Of a stretch of 64,000 bases of DNA, positions 21,372 through 32,700 are shown piece by piece. The translations under genes were made by a program, and so were the position numbers. This DNA is from an uncultured bacterium (GTDB lineage: Bacteria > Fidelibacterota > Marinisomatia > Marinisomatales > UBA1611): assembly GCA_965660855.1 (NCBI GenBank), contig CBFIBM010000003.1, forward strand, positions 90,909 to 154,908. Direction: 5' to 3'. Position 1 is the first letter of the stretch, and each line of letters begins with the position of its first letter. The notes beneath the pieces were generated by a model, which did not search any database, was not told the DNA's origin, and saw only the letters and a list, made by a program, of their open reading frames with translations.

Positions 21372-23129
21372 ATGTATAAAAGCACTCATAAATGCGGAAA
21401 TATTGACATAGAAGATTTAGGAAATCAGGTTTTTTTAAATGGGTGGATTCATTCAATTAGATTACATGGTCAAGTAGTTTTTATTGATTTAAGAGATAGA
21501 TATGGATTAATTCAATTAGTTTTTGATTCAACTTTAATTCCCGATAGTTTTGAGTTTGTAAAAAAATTATCGATGGAAGATGTATTATCAATTAAAGGAA
21601 ATGTGAGAAAAAGGGAAGTCCCCGCAACAAACAAGAATCTTAAAACTGGTAAAATCGAAATATTAATTGAAAATTATAAATTACTCAACAAAGCTAAGAC
21701 GCTTCCTTTTGTTCTCTCTGACAGATCTAGTTCCGAAGAGAATCTAAGATTAAAATATAGATACTTAGAATTACGAATGGATGAACTGCAAAAAAACATC
21801 TTATTAAGGCATAAAACTTATCAAGAAACTAGAAATTTTTTGTCACATAATAGCTTTGTTGAGGTAGAAACACCAATTCTAATGAAGTCAACCCCTGAAG
21901 GTGCAAGAGATTATTTAGTTCCAAGTCGAATTCAGAAAGGAAAATTTTATGCTCTACCACAGTCCCCACAACTTTACAAACAAATTTTGATGATTGCGGG
22001 ATATGATCGTTACTTTCAAATTGTAAAATGTTTTAGAGATGAGGATCTAAGAGCAGATAGGCAGCCAGAGTTCACCCAAATTGATATAGAAATGTCTTTT
22101 GTTGATGAGTCTGATATTTTTAAACATATTGAGCAATTGGTAAAACATATATTTAAAAAAGTTAGAAATATTAATTTAAATGATAATTTTCCTAAGTTGA
22201 CCTACCTTGAATCATTAGAAAAATACGGAACAGACAAGCCTGACTTAAGATATGGACTAGAGATTCTTGATTTAAAACCCTTTACTGATCCATCTAATTT
22301 TAATGTTTTTAAAAATTGTGAAGTTGTTAAGGGCTTAATTGTAAAAAATGGAGCAAAATATTCTAGGAAAGATATAGATAAGTATACCGACCATGTGAAA
22401 AAGTATAAAGCAAAAGGTTTAGCTTGGATGAAATCGGAAATGGGTGACCTAACTGGTGGAATTTCGAAATTTTTTTCAAAAGAATTGAAAAAAAATATTG
22501 TTGAAACGTTTGATATAAAAAACAGTGATATTATTTTTTTAATTGGCGATAAAAGGAATATCACTTTAAATGCTCTGGGTCACCTTAGAACATTCATAGC
22601 TAAAATCGAGGGACTTCCTAAAAAAGATGACTTTAAACCAGTTTGGATAACTGAATTCCCTATGTTTGATTATGACTTAAATGAAAATAGATTCATTGCT
22701 ATGCATCACCCATTTACGGCACCAAAAAAAACTGATATTAAATTACTAGATACTGGACCTTCTAAAGTAATGAGCCGTGGCTATGATTTGGTAATGAATG
22801 GCTATGAGATTGCAGGCGGATCGATTCGAATTCATAAACCTGATTTACAAGAAAAGGTTTTTAAATTACTAGGTCTAGGAAATAATGAAATTAATGAAAA
22901 ATTTGGATTTTTAGTTGAAGCTTTAAATTATGGTGCTCCACCACATGGTGGAATAGCTTTTGGGTTTGATCGTTTGGTTATGTTACTAGCAGGAACTGAA
23001 AATATTCGTGATGTAATTGCATTCCCTAAAACTACTTCGGCAACTTCTCTTATGGACCAGAGCCCTAACAGCGTCAGAGAAGCACAATTAAATGATTTAG
23101 GGATTAAAATAAAAGAGAACAATTCTTAA
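21372..23129 (+). CDS. aspS: Aspartate--tRNA ligase
   Basis: FIDLRD, STPEGARDY, FRDEDLRADRQPEFTQ and GAPPHGG motifs. Confidence 0.98.
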   Translation: MYKSTHKCGNIDIEDLGNQVFLNGWIHSIRLHGQVVFIDLRDRYGLIQLVFDSTLIPDSFEFVKKLSMEDVLSIKGNVRKREVPATNKNLKTGKIEILIENYKLLNKAKTLPFVLSDRSSSEENLRLKYRYLELRMDELQKNILLRHKTYQETRNFLSHNSFVEVETPILMKSTPEGARDYLVPSRIQKGKFYALPQSPQLYKQILMIAGYDRYFQIVKCFRDEDLRADRQPEFTQIDIEMSFVDESDIFKHIEQLVKHIFKKVRNINLNDNFPKLTYLESLEKYGTDKPDLRYGLEILDLKPFTDPSNFNVFKNCEVVKGLIVKNGAKYSRKDIDKYTDHVKKYKAKGLAWMKSEMGDLTGGISKFFSKELKKNIVETFDIKNSDIIFLIGDKRNITLNALGHLRTFIAKIEGLPKKDDFKPVWITEFPMFDYDLNENRFIAMHHPFTAPKKTDIKLLDTGPSKVMSRGYDLVMNGYEIAGGSIRIHKPDLQEKVFKLLGLGNNEINEKFGFLVEALNYGAPPHGGIAFGFDRLVMLLAGTENIRDVIAFPKTTSATSLMDQSPNSVREAQLNDLGIKIKENNS

Positions 23130-23158
23130 TTTTTTATTATAAAACTATTTAAAGATTA

Positions 23159-23779
23159 TTAGTATAGAATTTTCTTAATCTCATTAATATTTTGTTTTAA
23201 ACACATATCGATGGTTTTTTGTAATTCTAGACCATTATACCAAGATGAATTTGACCAAACAATTTTCCCTGAATCATTATCTCTTAAATTAAATACTAAG
23301 CTGACTCTACTTTCAGTGTATTCAATTCTACTACTTTCGATAACATTACCAGAATGTGTTTTAGTTGTAGACGAAGATATCATTTCAGATTTTTCATTTT
23401 TACCGTTCTGTTCTGCTGATTGGTTTATAGTTGTTTCAACATATCCTCTGTCTTCATTTCTATATGGTAAGATTATTCTATCTGATTCTTTATATTGAGT
23501 GATTAGGCAAGATAGTAAAAGGATATTCTCTTTCGTATCATTTATTACAACAGATTTATCAATTTTTTGATGTAATTCAAATTCATACCTTAAAAAATTA
23601 TGAATCAAACTAGACTCAACCATTTCTCCAGACCCTGAAATATCCCTAAAGTCTTTTATGGGTAGAATTTTTATTGATTTCACATTTTTAAAATTATATG
23701 AATTACTTATAGCAGGATTATTATAGCAAGATATAGAAAAAATTAGAAGTATAAACTCTACTTTTTTTATCATAATCAA
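23159..23779 (-). CDS. Hypothetical lipoprotein (possible CsgG/LpoB-like fold)
   Basis: Lipobox SISC; ILPIKD and SGKIVWS segments typical of this fold (by eye). Confidence 0.55.
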   Translation of the reverse strand: MIMIKKVEFILLIFSISCYNNPAISNSYNFKNVKSIKILPIKDFRDISGSGEMVESSLIHNFLRYEFELHQKIDKSVVINDTKENILLLSCLITQYKESDRIILPYRNEDRGYVETTINQSAEQNGKNEKSEMISSSTTKTHSGNVIESSRIEYTESRVSLVFNLRDNDSGKIVWSNSSWYNGLELQKTIDMCLKQNINEIKKILY

Positions 23780-24087
23780 TCAATTAAAAGGTTTTTTAAA
23801 TGATTTTTAGATTCTTCTATAAGTTTTTGTTCTCCTTTAGAATATTTTAGACAATTTTTCCATGATTGAATAGCTTTTTTATTATTTCCAAGAGTTTCAT
23901 GTAAGAGACCTTCAATTTTATATATTTGGGGATCAGTTGGATTTTTTATTTTTGATTCAGATAGATGTACTAAAGCCTCTTCGTACATTCCAGATTTCAA
24001 GGCTAATGAGGCATTGACTAGATGATCATTTTGGTATCCATTAAGAAAACTTAAAATAATCATAATTAATAATAATAAATTATTCAT
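23776..24087 (-). CDS. Small exported TPR protein
   Basis: Signal peptide from ATG 24087 (MNNLLLLIM...); TPR-like helices (YEEAL...P, G.LHE.LG...KAIQSW). Confidence 0.7.
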   Translation of the reverse strand: MNNLLLLIMIILSFLNGYQNDHLVNASLALKSGMYEEALVHLSESKIKNPTDPQIYKIEGLLHETLGNNKKAIQSWKNCLKYSKGEQKLIEESKNHLKNLLID

Positions 24088-24091
24088 AGTG

Positions 24092-24958
24092 TCATTCAAA
24101 CAATAAAGATTCTTTTTCAAGTAGTCTTTGAGCATAAATCTTTGAAAAATAATTATCATTCATAATTTCAGGGAATTGATTAATATCTGAATTTAAAACT
24201 TCTTTTAGTATTTTATTATACTGTTCACGGTTGCCTTTTTTTTGATGATAAAATTCTGCATAAGATACCCAATTAAATAAATATTCGGGGTGAGAATCTA
24301 TTGATTGTTTAAAATAGGTATCAGCTTGGCCAAGTTCCACGCCAGGAATTTTGGTGTATAGTGATCCAAAAAATCGATAAGGACCACTGTAATTATAACC
24401 AGGGTCAAGAGCAAGTACACGATTCATGAGAACCTCTAGTAGCTCTCTATGGTTTAGTCTTTTTATTACAGGTTGTTCAATTAAATAGTGGGATAAGTTT
24501 TCAGCCCACCAAAATAACCCAGGTACAACTTCTTTTGGTGCATTTGCTATTGATGCTAAAATTTTAGAAGAACTATCTAAAGTAGATTTATCTAAAAGTA
24601 TTTTAACCTTATTATGGTTGAGGATTGCTTGTCTAGAGATTTTAGCTCCTTCTAAAAACAAAGAATCTTTTAATTTAGGATCCATCTCTATATTTTTTGC
24701 TATGTTGTATTTAATTTTACTTAGCAAAATAGATAATTCAAAATCTATGTGACGTTTATTTTTTGCAAGACTAATAAAATGATCTGCTTTTTTTAAAGCT
24801 TCATCATTGGTTCTTTGTTCCCAAAATAACTTACCTCTTTTAATCAAGAAATTAACATTATCATTATTTGATTTATTTTCAATAGTTGGCTGAAAGCAAC
24901 AGACAAAAAATGAAATGAAGAGTAAAGAAAGAAGTTTTTGTTTTAAATGTAAAATAAT
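24092..24958 (-). CDS. TRAP transporter TatT-component-like TPR lipoprotein
   Basis: LFWWA, LDPGY..SGP.RFFGSLY and SYAEFY motifs. Frame stays open upstream of the track start (TTG 24847) through a signal peptide ending FFVCC; start uncertain. Confidence 0.7.
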   Translation of the reverse strand: MILHLKQKLLSLLFISFFVCCFQPTIENKSNNDNVNFLIKRGKLFWEQRTNDEALKKADHFISLAKNKRHIDFELSILLSKIKYNIAKNIEMDPKLKDSLFLEGAKISRQAILNHNKVKILLDKSTLDSSSKILASIANAPKEVVPGLFWWAENLSHYLIEQPVIKRLNHRELLEVLMNRVLALDPGYNYSGPYRFFGSLYTKIPGVELGQADTYFKQSIDSHPEYLFNWVSYAEFYHQKKGNREQYNKILKEVLNSDINQFPEIMNDNYFSKIYAQRLLEKESLLFE

Positions 24959-25004
24959 ATTTAACCTTATATTAGTGATGACAAATTAAAGGTATTTATT
25001 TATA

Positions 25005-25946
25005 ATGGAAAAGTTGATTACACTAAAATCAGTTAGTTTTTTAGATATATTTGGTTCTGGTGATGAATATTTAAAATTAATTGAGAAATCTTTGAATGTT
25101 ACAATTTTTTCAAGGGGAAATAAGGTTAAGATCAGTGGTGATAAAAAAAATACCCTTGCTGCTTATGATACCATTTTGGAGATGATTGAAATTATTTCTA
25201 AGACTAAATATTTATCAAAAAATGACATTCAAAAAATAATAGCAATAGCACAGAATGAACACTCTGAGGAATCTATTGATTTAAGTAAAGTTATTGTTAA
25301 GGGTAAAAATGGAGACGTAAAGACTAAAACTATTGGTCAACAAAATTACATTGAAAAAGTAAGAAAAAATGATATAGTTTTTAGCATTGGGCCAGCTGGT
25401 ACTGGAAAAACATTTATAGCTGTAGCGTTAGCAGTGAATTATTTGAGACAAAGTAGGATAAATAAAATTATCCTTTGTCGCCCTGCTGTTGAAACGGGAG
25501 AGAGTTTGGGGTTCCTTCCAGGAGATTTGAAAGAAAAAATTGACCCTTATTTAAATCCTCTTTATGATTCATTAAGATATTTATTACCAGAAAAGATTTT
25601 AACTAACTATATTGAGAATAAACTAATTGAAGTTGCTCCGTTAGCCTATATGCGCGGCAGAACACTTGACAATTCATTTATAATATTAGACGAGGCACAG
25701 AATGCAACGGTGGCTCAAATGAAAATGTTTTTAACGAGGCTTGGTATAGGTTCTAAGTCAGTAATCACAGGAGATCTCACTCAAATAGATTTAAAAAGAA
25801 AAGTTGACTCAGGATTACTTCAAGCAATAAAAATATTGAAAAATTTGGACGGTTTGGGTTTTGCTACATTGAATGAAACTGATATTGTTCGACATCAGCT
25901 TGTTACAAAAATTGTTAAGGCATATGAGAAATTTGAAGCAAGATGA
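25005..25946 (+). CDS. phoH: PhoH family ATPase (YbeZ-like)
   Basis: GPAGTGKT, RPAVE, LGFLPGD, YMRGRTL and DEAQN motifs. Confidence 0.95.
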   Translation: MEKLITLKSVSFLDIFGSGDEYLKLIEKSLNVTIFSRGNKVKISGDKKNTLAAYDTILEMIEIISKTKYLSKNDIQKIIAIAQNEHSEESIDLSKVIVKGKNGDVKTKTIGQQNYIEKVRKNDIVFSIGPAGTGKTFIAVALAVNYLRQSRINKIILCRPAVETGESLGFLPGDLKEKIDPYLNPLYDSLRYLLPEKILTNYIENKLIEVAPLAYMRGRTLDNSFIILDEAQNATVAQMKMFLTRLGIGSKSVITGDLTQIDLKRKVDSGLLQAIKILKNLDGLGFATLNETDIVRHQLVTKIVKAYEKFEAR

Positions 25947-26033
25947 GATTTTTATTAAGTTTCTTGCTATGGGCAGTTAATGAAATTATTTATTAAATTC
26001 TTTACTAGTTTTTATACTATAATGAAGGATTAA

Positions 26034-27218
26034 ATGGGTAATAAATCAGTAATTATTAAGGCAAAAAGGACCCCAATTGGATCTTTCCAAGGAAAACTCT
26101 CAAGTTTTTCTTCTCCAGAACTTGCCGCTGAAGTGATAAAAAGTATTCTAAGGACTGTGAACTTGGGAAAATATAAACCTGACGAAATTATCTTGGGTAA
26201 TGTTTTAACTAGCGGACTTGGGCAAGCACCAGCAAGGCAAGCAGCAATATATGGAGGATGTGGTAAATCAATTGAAACATTAACAATAAATAAAATGTGT
26301 GGTTCTGGTTTAAAAGCAGTAATGCTCGCAGATCAAGCAATAAGATCTGGAAATGCTAACATAATTTTAGCAGGTGGAATGGAAAGTATGTCGAACTCTC
26401 CTTATTTATTAAATAAAGCTAGGTCTGGGTTTAAACTAGGACATGGTAGAATAATTGACAGTGTAATTCATGATGGTCTTTGGGACGCTTACAATAATAA
26501 ACATATGGGAAACTTTGCAGAAATGTTAGCTAAAGATCAAGGATATAGTCGAAAAGAGCAAGATGCATATGCAATATTATCTTATGAAAAAGCATTAAAA
26601 TCTCAATTAAATAACTCTTTTGATTCAGAAATAATTCCAATTATATATAACGATAAGAAAAAAAATAAAATTGAAGTATTTCAAGATGAGGAACCTCAAA
26701 AAGTATCTTTTGATAAAATTGAGAAGTTAAAACCTGCTTTTGACCCCGAAGGAACAATCACGGCTGCAAATGCATCATCTCTCAATGATGGTGCTTCAGT
26801 TTTATTAATTATGAATGAAGAAAAGGCTAGAGATTTGGATTTGAATCCAATAGCAAAAATAATTTCTCATTGCTCATACGCTCATGAGCCAGAATGGTTT
26901 ACTACCGCTCCATCCAAAGCAATCGATAAGGTTTTAAAAAAAGCTTCAATGAGCCATAATGATATAGGTTTATGGGAAATAAATGAGGCATTTTCAGTTG
27001 TCGCAATGTCTGCAATAGATAATTATAAACTTGATATAGATTATGTGAATGTTTTTGGTGGTGCTGTTGCCTTGGGTCATCCAATTGGTGCATCAGGAGC
27101 AAGAATTTTAACAACCTTATTAAATGGTATGAATAAAAAAAATATTGACGTTGGTTTAGCTGCAATATGTATTGGTGGTGGTGAAGCGTCAGCAATGATT
27201 GTGGAAAAATTTGATTAA
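26034..27218 (+). CDS. Acetyl-CoA C-acyltransferase (thiolase)
   Basis: NKMCGSG, NEAF, GHPIGASG and CIGGG motifs. Confidence 0.96.
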   Translation: MGNKSVIIKAKRTPIGSFQGKLSSFSSPELAAEVIKSILRTVNLGKYKPDEIILGNVLTSGLGQAPARQAAIYGGCGKSIETLTINKMCGSGLKAVMLADQAIRSGNANIILAGGMESMSNSPYLLNKARSGFKLGHGRIIDSVIHDGLWDAYNNKHMGNFAEMLAKDQGYSRKEQDAYAILSYEKALKSQLNNSFDSEIIPIIYNDKKKNKIEVFQDEEPQKVSFDKIEKLKPAFDPEGTITAANASSLNDGASVLLIMNEEKARDLDLNPIAKIISHCSYAHEPEWFTTAPSKAIDKVLKKASMSHNDIGLWEINEAFSVVAMSAIDNYKLDIDYVNVFGGAVALGHPIGASGARILTTLLNGMNKKNIDVGLAAICIGGGEASAMIVEKFD

Positions 27219-28353
27219 TTTTAACTTGACTGAAGAGCAATTGATGGTGCAAAAAACTGCACAAGAATTTGCTAGGACTCATTTAGAACCTGGTGTTTTA
27301 AAAAGAGACGAATTATCTCATTTCCCAAAAGAGCAAATTAAAATGATGGGAGAGTTGGGCTTTATGGGAATGATGGTTCCTGAAAAATGGGGTGGTTCGG
27401 GGATGGACACTTTAAGTTTTACTTTAGCAATTGAAGAAATTGCATCAGTGGAGTTGGCTTCTTCAACAATAATGTCTGTTAATAATTCTTTAGTGTGTCA
27501 AGTTTTAGAAGATTGGGGTACAGAATATCAGAAAATTAAATATTTGAAAGATTTATCAAGTGGTTTGAAGCTAGGAGCATATTCTTTAAGTGAACCGCAA
27601 TCAGGATCAGATGCTAGTAATATGAAAGCTGTAGCTAAAAAAAGTGGCAACTCGTATATTATAAACGGCGTTAAAAACTGGGTTACAAATGGTGAAAGTT
27701 CTGATTTTATTATTTTATTCTGCGTAACTGGAAATACTGAAAAAGGAAAAGAAATTTCTGCATTCATAGTAGATAAAAAATTTGATGGGATTAAAACTGG
27801 TAAAAAAGAAGATAAATTAGGGCTTAGGGCTTCGGATACATGTGAGATATATTTTGAAAATTGCATTGTTCCTCAGGAAAATCTTTTAGGAAAACTTGGT
27901 GATGGTTACAGAATTGCAATGAAAACTTTAGGCGGAGGTAGAATTGGTATTGCGGCCCAATCAGTTGGTTTAGCAAGGGCAGCATTGGAAAAAGCAATCT
28001 CATATTCAAAGGAAAGAGAACAATTTGGGAAAAAAATTAATCAATTTGGGTCCATAAGAAATAAAATAGCAGATATGGCAACAAATATTGATGCAGCTAG
28101 ATTACTTGTTTGGAAAGCCGCATTTTTAAAAGATCAAGGAGAACCTTACAATAAAGAGAGCTCAATGGCTAAATTATTTTCATCAAATGTTGCTATGCAA
28201 TCTGCAACTGAATGTGTCCAGATTCATGGTGGATATGGTTATATCCAAGAGTATGGAGTAGAGCGTTTAATGCGAGATGCTAAGATAACTCAGATATATG
28301 AAGGAACCTCAGAAATACAAAGAATTGTGATTAGCAGGGAACTAACAAAATAA
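27199..28353 (+). CDS. Acyl-CoA dehydrogenase (short/branched-chain type)
   Basis: LSEPQSGSDA, GGRIGIAAQ, QIHGGYGY and IYEGTSEIQ motifs. Confidence 0.95.
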   Translation: MWKNLINFNLTEEQLMVQKTAQEFARTHLEPGVLKRDELSHFPKEQIKMMGELGFMGMMVPEKWGGSGMDTLSFTLAIEEIASVELASSTIMSVNNSLVCQVLEDWGTEYQKIKYLKDLSSGLKLGAYSLSEPQSGSDASNMKAVAKKSGNSYIINGVKNWVTNGESSDFIILFCVTGNTEKGKEISAFIVDKKFDGIKTGKKEDKLGLRASDTCEIYFENCIVPQENLLGKLGDGYRIAMKTLGGGRIGIAAQSVGLARAALEKAISYSKEREQFGKKINQFGSIRNKIADMATNIDAARLLVWKAAFLKDQGEPYNKESSMAKLFSSNVAMQSATECVQIHGGYGYIQEYGVERLMRDAKITQIYEGTSEIQRIVISRELTK

Positions 28354-28354
28354 A

Positions 28355-29368
28355 ATGATAAGTATAGATTGGGATAAATTAGGTTTTGATGTAATACCAA
28401 CAAAAAGTATGTTTAAGGCGACATGTAACCAAAATGGAAAATGGGAAAATGGATCCATAGTTCCATATGGGAATATAGAATTATCACCAGCTGCAAATGT
28501 ATTAAATTATGGTCAAGGTGCTTTCGAAGGTGTCAAGGCTTTTAGAACATCAAAAAATAATACTGTTTTATTCCGTGTTGATAAAAATGCAGCAAGAATG
28601 GCTCATTCTACTAAAAGATTATGTATTCCTGAAATGGATGTAGATTTTTTCATTGAATCTGTTATAAAAACTGTAAAAGATAATATTGAATACGTACCTC
28701 CTCATGGAAAAGGAAGTCTATATATAAGACCTGTTGTTTGGGGAACCTCAATTGGAATTGGTGTTAAACCAGCTACAGAGTACACTTTCATGATTTTTGT
28801 TACCCCGGTTGGACCATATTTTAAAAAAGGAATTAATCCATTAAACCTTAAAGTTACAGATCATTACCATAGAGCTGCTCCAAAAGGAATTGGAAATATC
28901 AAAGCAATAGGGAATTATTCTGCCTCACTTTTACCTTTAAGCGAAGCAAAAGATGAGGGGTTTGATGAAGTAATCTATTTAGACGCGGCAAATGAAGAAT
29001 ATATTGAAGAGGTTGGTTCAGCTAATATGTTCATTATAAAGAGGGGTATTATTTATACCCCCCCTCTATCAGGGTCTATTCTTGGTGGGGTTACAAGGGA
29101 TTCAGTTTGTTTAGTAGCAGAAAAAATACTAAAGATTCCTGTAAAAGAATTAAATATAAACTTTCAGGATTTAATAAGCGCTGATGAAGTTTTTTGCACA
29201 GGAACTGCTGTTGTTGTTTCGCCTATTGGAAAAATATCTTTTAATGGATTAAACCATAAAATAAATAATAATGAAATGGGTAAGATTACAAAAAAAATTA
29301 GAGAAACAATTTTAGCTATTCAAAATGAGCAATTATCCGATGCTTATGATTGGTTAAAATATATCTAG
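28355..29368 (+). CDS. ilvE: Branched-chain amino acid aminotransferase
   Basis: YGQGAFEG, SLYIRP, KAIGNY, EEVGSAN and GTA motifs. Confidence 0.95.
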   Translation: MISIDWDKLGFDVIPTKSMFKATCNQNGKWENGSIVPYGNIELSPAANVLNYGQGAFEGVKAFRTSKNNTVLFRVDKNAARMAHSTKRLCIPEMDVDFFIESVIKTVKDNIEYVPPHGKGSLYIRPVVWGTSIGIGVKPATEYTFMIFVTPVGPYFKKGINPLNLKVTDHYHRAAPKGIGNIKAIGNYSASLLPLSEAKDEGFDEVIYLDAANEEYIEEVGSANMFIIKRGIIYTPPLSGSILGGVTRDSVCLVAEKILKIPVKELNINFQDLISADEVFCTGTAVVVSPIGKISFNGLNHKINNNEMGKITKKIRETILAIQNEQLSDAYDWLKYI

Positions 29369-29369
29369 G

Positions 29370-29795
29370 ATGAAAATACATTCAAGAAGGAAAGCAAGAG
29401 AAGGCGTACTGGAAGCGCTATTTTCACATCAATTTTCAGATGTTGAAAGGGAAATAACCATTAAACGTGTTTTAGAAAATGCACCTGAGAGAGAAGAAAA
29501 TATTGCTTTTATTAATGCTTTATTTAATAGTGTAATGGATAATTATGAGTGGGCTGACCAAATAATAGAGACTCATCTTCAGAATTGGGAGTTTAATAGA
29601 GTTGCAAAGGTAGATAAAGTATTATTAAGAATGGGTATATGTGAAATTTATTTTCTAGATGATATACCCCCTAAAGTATCAATTAGTGAGATGGTTGAAA
29701 TCTCAAAGGTCTATAGTACTGATGAAAGTCCTGTTTTTATAAATGGTATTTTGGATACAGTTTATAAAGATTTTCAAAAAAAAGGAAAAACATAA
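29370..29795 (+). CDS. nusB: Transcription antitermination factor NusB
   Basis: SRRKARE, VDKVLLR, PPKVSISE and FINGILD motifs. Confidence 0.95.
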   Translation: MKIHSRRKAREGVLEALFSHQFSDVEREITIKRVLENAPEREENIAFINALFNSVMDNYEWADQIIETHLQNWEFNRVAKVDKVLLRMGICEIYFLDDIPPKVSISEMVEISKVYSTDESPVFINGILDTVYKDFQKKGKT

Positions 29796-29797
29796 GA

Positions 29798-32700
29798 ATG
29801 ATTTTTACAAAATTATTTGGTACAAAATCCGATAGGGAGATTAAAAAATTATCTAATATTATCTCTCAAATTAATCAACAATACGAAAATTTAGCGTCAC
29901 AAAGCGATGAAGGTTTAGTTGAAAGAACTAAAGAATTAAAAGAATTTGTAATGAACTCAAGAAAAGAGAAAGAGAATTCTTTACCTTCGAATATGGATCA
30001 AGAGGAAAGGAAAAAAGAAATTCTAAAAGCTGAGCAAGGTGCACTCGGTTTAATCATGGTGGAAGCTTTTGCAATTGTTAAGGATGTCTCTAGGAGAATG
30101 TTTGGATCCTCATGGAGGGTCTCAGAGCATGAGATAACTTGGGAAATGATACCTTATGATGTTCAGTTAATTGGAGCTATCATTTTACATAATGGAAAAG
30201 TAGCAGAAATGAAAACTGGTGAGGGTAAAACACTTGTGGCGACAATGCCAATTTATTTAAATGCTTTAACAGGAAGAGGCGTCCATGTTATCACGGTAAA
30301 TGATTACCTTGCTCAAAGAGATGCAGAATGGATGGGGCAAGTATACAAGCGGTTGGGTTTATCTGTTGGATATATTTTAAATTCAATGGACAATGTAGAA
30401 AGAAGAGAAATGTATAATCGAGATATTACCTATGGAACCAACAATGAGTTTGGTTTTGATTATTTAAGAGATAATATGTCTTTAAGAAAAGAAGACAAGG
30501 TTCAGCGAGGGCATGCTTTTGCAATAGTAGATGAGGTTGATAGTGTCCTTATTGATGAAGCTAGAACGCCTTTAATAATATCAGGTGCTGTTGATGCTCC
30601 AGTAGATGAAACTTTTACAACTCTAAAACCTGGGGTGCAGCGATTAGTTAAAAAACAAACAAATTTAGTTGCAGACTTGGTAAGAGAAGCTCAAAGATTT
30701 CTTGAGGAAGGTGATGAAGAAAAAGCAGGCCTTAAACTTCTACAGGCTCAAAGAGGAATGCCAAAACATAAGCTTGTAATGAAGATTTTCCAAGAAACGG
30801 GTATGTTGAAACTAGCTCAAAATGTAGAGTCTGATCACATTAGAGATAAAAAAATGCATGAAGTTGATGATGATTTATTTTTCTCAATTGAGGAAAAAAG
30901 TCATGTGATGGATATCACTGAAAAAGGACGAAATGTACTTTCACCTGAAAATCCTGATACATTTATTATTCCAGACTTAGGAGAGCTTTTACTAGAAATT
31001 GATGAAAATGAGAACCTTGATAAACTTGAAAAAGATAAGGAACGTGAAAAAGCACATCAATTGCACGCTGAAAGAAGCGGTACCATTCATAATTTTAATC
31101 AACTTTTAAAAGCATATACTTTATACGAGAAAGATGTCGAGTATGTGCTTGAGGGTGGGAAAGTAATGATCGTGGATGAGTTTACAGGCAGAGTCCTGCC
31201 CGGAAGAAGATATTCAGATGGACTCCATCAGGCTCTTGAGGCAAAAGAAAATGTACGAATAGAGCGTGAAACTCAAACTCTAGCAACTATTACAATTCAA
31301 AATTATTTTAGACTCTATGATAAACTAGCAGGTATGACAGGGACTGCTGAAACTGAAGCAGAAGAACTTGGTTCAATATATGGGTTGGATGTAACTGTAA
31401 TACCTACACATAGACCCATATCAAGAGAAGATAGAGAAGATCTGGTTTATAAAACAAAACGTGAAAAATATAATGCAGTTATTGACGAAATTATTGATTG
31501 CCATAAGAGAGGACAACCCGTTCTGGTTGGAACAATTTCTGTTGAAATTTCAGAGTTACTTGCACGGATGTTAAAAAGAAAAAGTATCCCTCATAATGTT
31601 TTGAATGCTAAACAGCATAAAAGCGAAGCAGAAGTTGTGAGTAGAGCAGGTCAAAATGGAGCAGTTACTATTGCTACAAATATGGCTGGAAGAGGAACTG
31701 ATATTAAATTAGTTGATGGTATAAAAGAGCTAGGTGGCTTGCATATAATAGGAACAGAGAGGCATGAATCGAGGAGAATTGATTTACAGTTAAGAGGAAG
31801 AAGTGGAAGGCAAGGCGATCCTGGATCTTCTATATTTTATTTATCACTTGAAGACGATTTAATGAGACTTTTTAGTTCAGATAAAGTTGCTGCAATTATG
31901 GATCGAATGGGTATTGAAGAAGGTGAAGTTATATCGGCAAAAATGGTTACAAGAGCGATATCAAATGCTCAGAAAAAAGTAGAAGTAAGAAATTATGGTA
32001 TTAGAAAACATTTACTAGAATACGATGATGTTATGAATCAGCAAAGGCAAGTTGTTTATGATATTCGTAATCAAGCTTTGGAGGGTGATAACCTAGATCA
32101 ATCAGTCTCCTTACTATTAAATGATTTTATTGAAGAGGAACTTGAATCTCAAAGCCAAAATGGGACACCGGATATGTGGGAATGGGATTATTTAAGACAA
32201 TATTTTTCAAGTCACGTTTTGGTTGATGTCGAGTATGATAAATTAAAAAAAGAATTAAAAAATGAAGATCCTAACTTTGAGGAAATTTCAAATTGGATTA
32301 AAGAAAAAGCGAGTGCTATTTATAAAGCTAGAGAGTCTTTACTTGATGAAGAAGCAATGAAAGGTTTTGAGAGATTTGTGATGCTCCGGACAATTGATGA
32401 TAAATGGAAAGATCATCTCTACGGTATGGATCAATTACGAGAGGGTATTAATCTTAGAGCTTACGGCCAAAAGAACCCACTTTTAGAATATAAATCTGAA
32501 GGTTTTAAAATGTTTCAGGAGATGATGGCGGATATGAATGCTATAATAATCAAAAGATTATTTCGTACTCAGATACAAGGATTAGATCAAGTAAATACAA
32601 ACAATAGACGAGTTGTTAAAAATATGCAAACTTCTCACCAAGATACAACTGGTATGGGCTTTTCAGGGGGGCGAACTCAAGATAAGAACAATCAGCCTCA

